This document shows positions 10,777 through 18,180 of a stretch of DNA of 55,631 nt, piece after piece. The position numbers and the translations under genes were made by a program. Where the stretch lies: contig CAMMBL010000003.1 in assembly GCA_946494015.1 (NCBI GenBank), positions 1 through 55,631 of the forward strand, read 5' to 3'. The notes beneath the pieces are model-generated. The model was not told the DNA's origin. It made no database searches and saw only the letters and a list, made by a program, of their open reading frames with translations. Numbering within the stretch: position 1 is the stretch's first letter; every line of letters begins with the position of its first letter. The DNA is from an uncultured Mycoplasmatota bacterium. GTDB taxonomy: Bacteria > Bacillota_I > Bacilli_A > RF39 > UBA660.

Positions 10777-11253
10777 TTAATTACTAGGAATTTTTAATAT
10801 TTGACCAACAGACAATAAATTAGTTGTTAAATTATTCAAAGATTTAATTGCATCTACTGTTGTATTAAATCTATTAGCTATACTCCATAAACTATCTCCA
10901 CTTTTAACCGTATAATTAACAGGAGTTATATTATTAGAAGATGGTATAAGTAAAACTTGACCTATAGAAAGTAAATTAGATGTTAAACTATTGGCATCTT
11001 TTAAAGCTGCAACTGTAACTCCAAATTGATTGGCAATACTCCATAGACTATCTCCAGACTTTACAGTATAAGTATTTGTAGTTATATTATCATTATCATT
11101 ATTATTATCTTCTTCTAAATCATCACTAGCACTAATACCAGGAATAATCAAAGACTGTCCTATGCTTAAAGTATCACTAATTAAGTCATTTGCATCCCTT
11201 ATTTCTTGAACTGTAATTCCAAATTTCCTAGCTATACTCCAAAGGTTATCTCC
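10777..11253 (-). pseudogene. 3' fragment of the interrupted amidase-LysM gene (rest of LysM4, LysM5, LysM6)
   Basis: The open frame extends 34 codons upstream of the tracked 11151 start as GDNLWSIARKFGITVQEIRDANDLISDTLSIGQSLIIP, beginning exactly at the attachment core. It is in frame with the 5' fragment. Confidence 0.93.
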
Positions 11254-11269
11254 AGATACATTTTTTATG
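11247..11269. repeat. Left attachment junction (core TATCTCC plus arm AGATACATTTTTTATG)
   Basis: Read directly; the arm is the 15/16 reverse complement of the arm at 15369-15384. Confidence 0.92.
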
Positions 11270-12830
11270 TAACATTTTTAAATGTAAATATAATATCTAT
11301 CGTTTTGTCCTGATAGATATAAATTTTTTCAACCAAATTTATTATCAATTCTCTAGTTGGATTTTCTAATGATAAAAATTCATTAATATATTTTTCTATC
11401 ATTTTATTATCTATTTTATTGGATTCACTATTTTCATTTTTAAGATTATCAATACTTGATTTATTATTTTCTATTTCATGCTTTAGATTTTCACTAACTC
11501 TTATATATTGTTCTTCATCAATAATACCCTTTAACATATTCATATAATTTTTATCCAAAGTTTCAGTTAAGTTATTATTTGCAAATTCTAAACTTTCTAT
11601 TTGCTTTTTTATTTTTAAAGTATTATCTATAGGGCTTATATTACCAATAGATTCTTTTACCTTATTTCTATCTAAATACTTTTTGCAAACTCCTTTTATA
11701 TTATCTAAAATAATCCTTTCTAGATTTTCATAATTGTTTGTATGAGTTGTGCAAACATGATATTTAGAATATGTTCTGTAATAATCACAAGTGGTATAAC
11801 TTCTACCTGTTTTATTTTGGTATCTAATTGTTATTCTGTGTTTACAATCTCCACAATATAAAAGCCCATCTAATAAATAAAATCTTTTTTTATCAGGTCT
11901 TTTAACATTTTTAGGTAGTAAAGTTTGTACATAATTAAATTTATCTCTATCAATAATTGCCTCATGGGTATTCTCAACTATAATATAGTCATTGGGGTTA
12001 TTTTTAACCGTCTTTTTAAGTTTATAATTAATCTTTTTAGTTTTACCTTGAACTGTATCTCCTACATATATCTGATTAGTAAGTATTGCTTTTACAGTAG
12101 TATCAACCCATATACCATATTCTTGGCTTATACAATTTGTATTTATGCACTTTGTATTCCATACATAATTATAATAAGATGCTGGAGTTTTAATTTTTCT
12201 TTCTGTAAGATATTGTGCTATATAATGGTAGGTATTACCTTTTAGTGCTAAATCAAATATCAATTTAACAGTATCTGCTTGTTCAACATTCACTACTAAA
12301 TGATTTTTATTTGTTGGATCTTTTATATAACCAAAAGGACATCTACCAGATACATATAATCCTTCTTTCATTCTAGAATGTAAACTTGTTTTAACTTTTT
12401 TAGAAATATCTTTAGCATACATATCATTCATTATTGCTTTAAAAGGTGCTATGTCATTATTAGTATTATCTATAAATGTGTCTATACCATCATTAATAGC
12501 AATATACCTAACATTTTTATTTGGAAAATACTTTTCTATTAATTCACCTGTACCAATATAATCTCTACCTAATCTAGACATGTCTTTGGTAATAATCATA
12601 TTGATTTTACCAAGTTCAATATCTTTCATCATTTTTTTGAATGCTGGTCTATCAAAATTAGTTCCTGAAAATCCATCATCAACATATTCATCTACTACTA
12701 TGTAATTATTTTCTTTAACATATTGTTTTAGTAAACTTCTTTGACTAATAACACTATCAGATTCTATTTTTCCATCATCTCTTGATAATCTTATATATAA
12801 TCCTACTTTAAAACTACTATTCCCAATCAT
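11265..12830 (-). CDS. Large serine recombinase (resolvase, recombinase and zinc-ribbon domains; SpoIVCA/TnpX-like)
   Basis: YIRLS catalytic Ser, YVDDGFSGTNFDRPAF, KDMSRLGRD, PFGY, HEAIID, CGDC...C...C zinc ribbon, 521 aa. Confidence 0.96.
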   Translation of the reverse strand: MIGNSSFKVGLYIRLSRDDGKIESDSVISQRSLLKQYVKENNYIVVDEYVDDGFSGTNFDRPAFKKMMKDIELGKINMIITKDMSRLGRDYIGTGELIEKYFPNKNVRYIAINDGIDTFIDNTNNDIAPFKAIMNDMYAKDISKKVKTSLHSRMKEGLYVSGRCPFGYIKDPTNKNHLVVNVEQADTVKLIFDLALKGNTYHYIAQYLTERKIKTPASYYNYVWNTKCINTNCISQEYGIWVDTTVKAILTNQIYVGDTVQGKTKKINYKLKKTVKNNPNDYIIVENTHEAIIDRDKFNYVQTLLPKNVKRPDKKRFYLLDGLLYCGDCKHRITIRYQNKTGRSYTTCDYYRTYSKYHVCTTHTNNYENLERIILDNIKGVCKKYLDRNKVKESIGNISPIDNTLKIKKQIESLEFANNNLTETLDKNYMNMLKGIIDEEQYIRVSENLKHEIENNKSSIDNLKNENSESNKIDNKMIEKYINEFLSLENPTRELIINLVEKIYIYQDKTIDIIFTFKNVT

Positions 12831-13009
12831 TAATTATTTCTCCTTTCCTTTTGGGAATAATGAGTATGATTGAATGGTAGCTCTAAATTTAAAATATTAC
12901 AAGTCTTATTAATCTTTTTTTGTAATTCAATTTTTAATACTTCAGTTATTGTTTCGTTTAAAGATTTTCCATTTTCTTTAAACTTTAAATTAACTTTGTA
13001 TTCAACCAT
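12830..13009 (-). CDS. 59-aa basic protein coupled to the recombinase (candidate recombination directionality factor)
   Basis: ATG at 13009 after GGAGG; stop overlaps the recombinase start; the ORF track gives a 65-aa version. Function is inferred from position only. Confidence 0.6.
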   Translation of the reverse strand: MVEYKVNLKFKENGKSLNETITEVLKIELQKKINKTCNILNLELPFNHTHYSQKERRNN

Positions 13010-13109
13010 AGAGTTTATTACCTCCATTTAAACCTATGGCATTAACTTTAATTTTAGTAATATTATTTGGTATGCATATTACATACTCAAAAATATTACT
13101 TAACTTCAT
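13002..13109 (-). CDS. Unannotated 35-aa ORF (MKLSNIFEYVICIPNNITKIKVNAIGLNGGNKLYG)
   Basis: GGAGG RBS; overlaps both neighbouring small ORFs. Confidence 0.35.
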   Translation of the reverse strand: MKLSNIFEYVICIPNNITKIKVNAIGLNGGNKLYG

Positions 13110-13140
13110 ATTCCTCCATTATATTTTTCATAAACATCAT
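13096..13140 (-). CDS. Unannotated 14-aa leader ORF (MMFMKNIMEEYEVK)
   Basis: AAGGAG RBS immediately downstream of a sigma-A-like promoter. Confidence 0.3.
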   Translation of the reverse strand: MMFMKNIMEEYEVK

Positions 13141-13154
13141 CTCCTTTTGCATGG

Positions 13155-13183
13155 ATGATACCTCTTTAAAATATAGGAGTCAA
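13155..13183 (-). promoter_or_regulatory. Sigma-A-like promoter for the small ORFs and recombinase
   Basis: TTGACT-17 nt-TATCAT on the minus strand. Confidence 0.65.
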
Positions 13184-13250
13184 GTTATATTTTTATTGTT
13201 AATTTTTTATATTATCCTAAAATTCAAAAAAATTAATTAATTACTGATTA

Positions 13251-13340
13251 GCAGGATAAGAAGTAGGCGCCTTGATCCTTATTTTTCTTTATAAAATAAG
13301 TAAAATAGTAGGTGCCATTCTTATTTTGCACTTGCAAAAT
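13251..13340 (-). other. Candidate origin of transfer (MOBP/RP4-like nic motif with repeats)
   Basis: Minus strand GCCTACTTC-T-TATCCTGC versus RP4 oriT GCCTACTTC-ACC-TATCCTG^C (recalled); flanked by two AGTAGGYGCC...CTTATTTT direct repeats and short inverted repeats. Confidence 0.5.
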
Positions 13341-13456
13341 TCATCCTATTTTATAGGTTTATATTAAGGTTAAATATAAACAATATAAAATTTTAAGACA
13401 ATAAAAAATCATCCTTTTTTCCAATTTTTATTAAAAATAGTAGGATGATTAAATTT

Positions 13457-14182
13457 TTATTTTTGTTTAATGGTTTTTAATTTTTCATCATAATAATTAA
13501 ACATCTTCTGAATTATATTATCACCAAATTCATTAATCGTTGAAAAATCTGACATTAAATTTTTAAATTGCTCAATACTTAATATTTCTGATAAATATCT
13601 TATAGATAGATAACTTAAATCATAGCCATTATAGTTATCATTAATGAAAGAATTTCCATGTTTTAAATTATTCATTTGAGGTATTACTTTGGTTTGCTCC
13701 CTTACCCTTAAATAAAAATCATTAAAAACACCTGAATCGTTCAGTGAATCTTTTTCTCCTGACATAAATTGTGCCATTCCTTCATCGTACCAAACTATCC
13801 TTTTTGAATAATCATTGTGCAATATATATTTCATATATAAAATATGAAATAATTCATGGCTAGCAGTATACAATCTTTTTAACTGGAATTTAGGATTCAC
13901 ACACGCATTAACCATTTCATTATCATAAGTCCCTGTAGCATATTCGGGTAACGAATCTCTTTCACCTCTTAAAGAATATATAAATTCTCTAAATTCTTCT
14001 ACATTATCAAAATAATTAACAACTATTGGTTCATCACTAGAAATACTAAAAAATAATTTATATTCTTCTATCTTTTTATTAAGTAAGGAAACAGTTGCTT
14101 GTGCTAAATTTTCTAGGCTCTCTGAATAATTTATTTCACACAAGTTTGTTTTTAAACTTTTTCTCATTTTCATCACCACCAC
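13457..14182 (-). CDS. Gluzincin-type zinc metallopeptidase (MA clan-like), no signal peptide evident
   Basis: SHELFH (HExxH) followed by WYDEGMAQF (third-ligand EG.A motif) and C-terminal Y..SYL.I.YL helix. Confidence 0.72.
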   Translation of the reverse strand: MVVMKMRKSLKTNLCEINYSESLENLAQATVSLLNKKIEEYKLFFSISSDEPIVVNYFDNVEEFREFIYSLRGERDSLPEYATGTYDNEMVNACVNPKFQLKRLYTASHELFHILYMKYILHNDYSKRIVWYDEGMAQFMSGEKDSLNDSGVFNDFYLRVREQTKVIPQMNNLKHGNSFINDNYNGYDLSYLSIRYLSEILSIEQFKNLMSDFSTINEFGDNIIQKMFNYYDEKLKTIKQK

Positions 14183-14184
14183 AA

Positions 14185-15264
14185 TTAACTTTCTAAATCT
14201 TTTTCAGATAAATTTAACATATTCCTAGCTCTCAATAAGAGTTGCTGATAAGTAAGAATATGTATATTGTGATAAGAAGAATTCAATATTCTTAAATATT
14301 TTTTTTCTTCATCACTTAATTCATTCTTAGTACCAATTAATATAATACCTCTTGGTCTTGCTATGACACAATCATTATCATCTTGATAACTATTATTTGA
14401 AGTCATTTTTTCTAATTCAAAAATATAATTTTGAGTTTGTGCAATTGCTTTTGTTAATTCACTAGATGAATAATAATTTTTATGATTCGTATCATAATGA
14501 AATAACTCCGCAGTTGGTAATTTAACTTCTATTATATCAATAAAATCCTCTAAATTTTTAGGAATACCATCTAATATATTTTTAGAATTAATTTTTTCTT
14601 CTTTTACAAAAGTACAATATTCACTCCCAAAAAGCCACAAATTTTTCTTTAAAAATTTTTGTATAAAAACTTCATTTTTAAATTTACCATTAATTATTTT
14701 TTCTAGATCTAAAATTGCTTGTTCTTTCATTTTAATATTTACTAATTTATAATAATCATCTATGCTATCAATATTATTTTCTATTAATTTAAGAAAATCA
14801 TTTTTTGAAATAGCTTTATTATAATTGTTATTAGAAGTTTGAATTTTATATGACAAATCATTATTACATAATTTTATTTCATCTAAAAATTGTTTTAAAA
14901 CGCTTATTGCGTGAGGGTTTAATGTTACTTCTTGTTCATTGTAGATATTGCCTTTAGATGTTCTTCTACATATATGTAAACCAGAAGTTTTATTACCTTC
15001 TTCTGTCTCAACAAGCCAACACCAATATTTCTGTTGTCCTGTTGGTGATTCGAATAATTTTATCTTTTCTGAAATTTTAAATTCAAGAGATTGCTGTCCA
15101 ATCTCATATTGTTCTTCTGTATATGTATTTCCGCAATCTGATATTGCCTCAGCCATTCTATAATTATCTCCATCCTCTTTATTTATTTTTTTACCTATGT
15201 ATATTTTTCCATCTTTTTTATTATCATCAAAATTCGGATTAAAATTATTCAAGCAAATCACCAC
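14185..15264 (-). CDS. Shedu (SduA/DUF4263)-like anti-phage nuclease
   Basis: E.FIQKFLKKNLWLFG.EY, D...D.IEVK.P (PD-(D/E)xK), ELTKAIAQ..NY, PRGIILIG, I.ILTY..LL.RA: the DUF4263 core, preceded by an unrecognised N-terminal domain. Confidence 0.75.
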   Translation of the reverse strand: MVICLNNFNPNFDDNKKDGKIYIGKKINKEDGDNYRMAEAISDCGNTYTEEQYEIGQQSLEFKISEKIKLFESPTGQQKYWCWLVETEEGNKTSGLHICRRTSKGNIYNEQEVTLNPHAISVLKQFLDEIKLCNNDLSYKIQTSNNNYNKAISKNDFLKLIENNIDSIDDYYKLVNIKMKEQAILDLEKIINGKFKNEVFIQKFLKKNLWLFGSEYCTFVKEEKINSKNILDGIPKNLEDFIDIIEVKLPTAELFHYDTNHKNYYSSSELTKAIAQTQNYIFELEKMTSNNSYQDDNDCVIARPRGIILIGTKNELSDEEKKYLRILNSSYHNIHILTYQQLLLRARNMLNLSEKDLES

Positions 15265-15298
15265 CCAAAGTTTTTAGTTATCTATAATTATATCATAT

Positions 15299-15327
15299 AA
15301 AAAGGCACTTTTCTTAAAAAAGCCCTT
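15299..15327 (-). terminator. Intrinsic terminator supplied by the element downstream of the truncated amidase
   Basis: Minus strand AAGGGCTTTT-ttaag-AAAAGTGCC-TTTTT hairpin plus U-tract, 27 nt after the new stop codon. Confidence 0.55.
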
Positions 15328-15353
15328 AAGATTCCTTGTGATTTTAAATATTT

Positions 15354-16538
15354 CTACTCATTATTCCCCATAAAAATTGTATCTCCTTTTTCTACTGTGT
15401 AATAAAAGACAGCACCATTATTATCTCCTTGATTATTATTTTCACCACTAACACCAGGAATAGTTAGAACTTGGCCTACACTAAGAGTATCAGTTACAAG
15501 ATTATTAGCATCTCTTATTTGTTGAACTGTAACTCCAAATTGATTAGCAATCTTCCATAAACTATCTCCTTTTACTACCGTATAAGTAGTAGAGGGCTGT
15601 GTTTGATTATTATCTTCATTGTCATTACCTGCACCAGGAATTATTAAAACTTGGCCGATACTAAGGACATCACTTGTCAAATTATTAGCTCTCCTTAAAT
15701 CATTAACACTAATACCATAACGACTTGCTATACTCCATAAACTATCTCCCTTTTGAACAGTATAAGTAGTAGATCCACCTATATTATTATCATTATTTCC
15801 ATTATTACCAGGTATTCTTAAAACTTGTCCTACACTAAGAAGATCAGTTGTTAAATTATTAGCATCTCTTAACTCTTGTACAGTAACTCCAAAGCGATTA
15901 GCAATACTCCAAAGACTATCTCCTTTTTTTACTGTATAAAAATTAGTACCACTTCCTTCTGGTGGAGTATAAGGAACTCCAGCATATTCAGCAATTGCTC
16001 TAACTACTGCTTCTACATAATTTAATAAATCATTTTGTAACTTAACTCTATCATTAGCATTATCAATAAAACCATACTCTACAAGTAATGATTGCATAGG
16101 AGAAGTTTCTCTAATAATATAATAATAATCTTTTGAAGGATCTTCTGGTAATCTTCTTTGATAATATTTACGCATAATTTGTCCTTCAGAACCAATTTCT
16201 TCTAAAATATTTTGAGCTAAAGTAGAAGAATTACGCAAAGCATAAATAACTTCAGCACCTTCTCCTCCTCCAGCATTTATATGATTAGAAATAAGTATAG
16301 CATCCCTACTTCCACCAAAAGCCTCATTAGCACGTCTAAGCCGTTCTTCTCTACTCAAATTTTCATCAAAATCTCTTGTTAAAACTGCTGGTATACCTAG
16401 TTCTTGTAATCTTTCATACATATATAAAGAAGCATCTAATGTAAAATTTTTCTCTTGCAAGCCACCACTAACAGCTCCAGGATCAGAACCTCCATGTCCC
16501 GCATCTACAACAACACCTGTTACTCTACGCTCATTCAT
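15354..16538 (-). CDS. N-acetylmuramoyl-L-alanine amidase (Amidase_3) with 3 LysM repeats; 5' part of the interrupted gene
   Basis: VVVDAGHGGSDPGA, EKNFTL, ISNHINAGGGEGAE, LLVEYGF; three complete LysM repeats, then YTVEKGD breaking into the element-derived tail TIFMGNNE. Start at ATG 16538 after GAGGTG. Confidence 0.93.
   Translation of the reverse strand: MNERRVTGVVVDAGHGGSDPGAVSGGLQEKNFTLDASLYMYERLQELGIPAVLTRDFDENLSREERLRRANEAFGGSRDAILISNHINAGGGEGAEVIYALRNSSTLAQNILEEIGSEGQIMRKYYQRRLPEDPSKDYYYIIRETSPMQSLLVEYGFIDNANDRVKLQNDLLNYVEAVVRAIAEYAGVPYTPPEGSGTNFYTVKKGDSLWSIANRFGVTVQELRDANNLTTDLLSVGQVLRIPGNNGNNDNNIGGSTTYTVQKGDSLWSIASRYGISVNDLRRANNLTSDVLSIGQVLIIPGAGNDNEDNNQTQPSTTYTVVKGDSLWKIANQFGVTVQQIRDANNLVTDTLSVGQVLTIPGVSGENNNQGDNNGAVFYYTVEKGDTIFMGNNE
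15369..15386. repeat. Right attachment junction (arm CATAAAAATTGTATCT plus CC; core TATCTCC 15380-15386)
   Basis: Read directly. Confidence 0.92.
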
Positions 16539-16901
16539 AATATTCACCTCTACATTAAAATATGTAAAAAGGCCTATTTTGCTACTATTATAAGCATTAA
16601 GCTTAATAAAACTAACTATATTTTAAAAAATAAAAGATTTTCTAATGATGAAATATTATAAAACCAAAATAAAATATTAACAACAACAAAACATAACTTA
16701 AAAAAATTTGATAGAGGTGTATTTTCTAAAATGGAAAACAATACCAATGCTAAATTAAATACACTAGTAAAAAACTTACAGGCAAAAAAAATAACCTTTT
16801 GCTTTTTAGCAATACGGCTATTTTTATATAACAAATTACTTAATAACTTTTTATAGTTTTTGATATTAAATTCAATAAACTTATAATTCTTTCTTATTAA
16901 T

Positions 16902-18170
16902 CTACCAATCTCTATCTTGATAAGGAGTACTTTCAATACCTTCATTTTGCAATTTTTTTACAAGCTTATCTAATTTACCTTTCCACAATTTTTTAAACCA
17001 TTTAGTATTACCAAAAAGTTTAACTATTGTTGGACTAATAGTATAATATGTATGAATAAATAATCTTCCATACCACGTTTTTGCTAATTTATAATCTCTA
17101 TATCTTCTTAATGTCCAAACCTGAGGACAATCATATGATCCATAAACACAAGTAGCAACATAACATCCACCAGCATTACTATTAGATGGAGCTGGTCTAG
17201 GTGGTACTTCATAATTAGGATCAAGTTCTTTAATCTTATTATGATATTCCATAATCTTATCTATTAATTGTTCTTTATATTCTACTTTCCAAAATTTATC
17301 AGTAACCCATCCTCCCCTTTGTGAGCTATATGTATAAGATTTAGCCGCTTCAAGATCTGTTGTAATAATAATCAAATTTTTATAAATTTGAATATCATTT
17401 TCTTTATCATCATCACACAAACTAATAGCTGTTTCTAATAATAATATAGCTCCTTTTGTTTTCTCAGTATAATTTTCAAAATCATAATCATTAGGATGTC
17501 CATCTCTACCTACATAATCAGCCCTAATTTTATTATAAGCTGAAACAACAGAAACATTAATAACATCAGCTAACTCAGCATTTATATCATCCATATTAGC
17601 TTTGCATTTTATTAAAAACTTTAATGCAATTTTCTTTATTGTAAGTATTCCATTTAATATAGTATTTGCTTCTGATACACTTCCATATTTAGCATAATTC
17701 TTACAAGCAAGAGAAACTAATGCACTACATAAAGTTGTTGTTTCTTTAATCGCTTCTTTTTTCATTTCTTTAACTCTATCTTTAGGAGCACTATCAATTG
17801 CTTTTTGAAAAGCATTTACCGACTCATCAATTCTTAAATTTGCTAATGTAGATTGCCATCCAGCCGCTTTACCTTTCAATAACCAAGCATCACAATTAGT
17901 AGGTTCAATTTCAATAATTTTATTACAATAATTTTCAGCTTCTTTTTTATTATCAGCATCATAAGCATTATTTGCCATCATTAAATAATTTTTAATTTTA
18001 TCAGTATCATCAACTTTAACTTTACTTCCAGAAACATCTACTTTTCCTTCAACCATCATCTTCTTAGCTTCTTCAACAGAATATTTTGTCCCACAACTCT
18101 GACAAACAAACACATTATCCTTTTTTAATAAATCATTACTACCACACATTTCACATACAATTTTTTTCAT
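16902..18170 (-). CDS. TFIIB-type zinc ribbon + TPR + CFI-box-CTERM domain protein
   Basis: CEMCGS...CQSCGT; TPR-like EAENYCNKIIEIEPTNCDAWLLKG; C-terminal GGCYVATCVYGSYDCPQVWTLRRYRD...GRLFI.TYY.ISP. Confidence 0.8.
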   Translation of the reverse strand: MKKIVCEMCGSNDLLKKDNVFVCQSCGTKYSVEEAKKMMVEGKVDVSGSKVKVDDTDKIKNYLMMANNAYDADNKKEAENYCNKIIEIEPTNCDAWLLKGKAAGWQSTLANLRIDESVNAFQKAIDSAPKDRVKEMKKEAIKETTTLCSALVSLACKNYAKYGSVSEANTILNGILTIKKIALKFLIKCKANMDDINAELADVINVSVVSAYNKIRADYVGRDGHPNDYDFENYTEKTKGAILLLETAISLCDDDKENDIQIYKNLIIITTDLEAAKSYTYSSQRGGWVTDKFWKVEYKEQLIDKIMEYHNKIKELDPNYEVPPRPAPSNSNAGGCYVATCVYGSYDCPQVWTLRRYRDYKLAKTWYGRLFIHTYYTISPTIVKLFGNTKWFKKLWKGKLDKLVKKLQNEGIESTPYQDRDW

Positions 18171-18180
18171 TTACTCCACC

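Larger units (their letters stand above)
11254..15386. mobile_element. 4,133-bp large-serine-recombinase element inserted in a LysM repeat (skin-like or mobilizable)
   Basis: Direct repeat TATCTCC at 11247-11253 and 15380-15386; internal 16-bp inverted arms at 11254-11269 and 15369-15384; recombinase stop codon lies inside the left arm; excision restores the host reading frame. Confidence 0.93.

Noticed and set aside
10777-11151. Stand-alone 124-aa two-LysM gene as given by the ORF track
   Set aside because: The frame continues upstream to the attachment core and completes LysM4 of the amidase, so it is better explained as the 3' half of a split gene.
11925-12245. 106-aa plus-strand ORF
   Set aside because: Antisense to the recombinase; Ile/Phe/Tyr-rich composition typical of shadow frames in AT-rich DNA.
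14948-15163. 71-aa plus-strand ORF as a possible antitoxin or extra cargo gene
   Set aside because: Fully antisense to the Shedu-like gene; no SD or motif.
11254-15386. Prophage or ICE interpretation of the element
   Set aside because: No structural, replication, relaxase or conjugation genes; only 4.1 kb.
16455-16945. ORFs 16455-16661 (+) and 16616-16945 (-), plus a 41-aa plus-strand frame from ATG 16731
   Set aside because: The first overlaps the amidase start; the second overlaps the CFI-box gene end without an RBS; none has recognisable homology. Not supportable, though a small gene here cannot be excluded.
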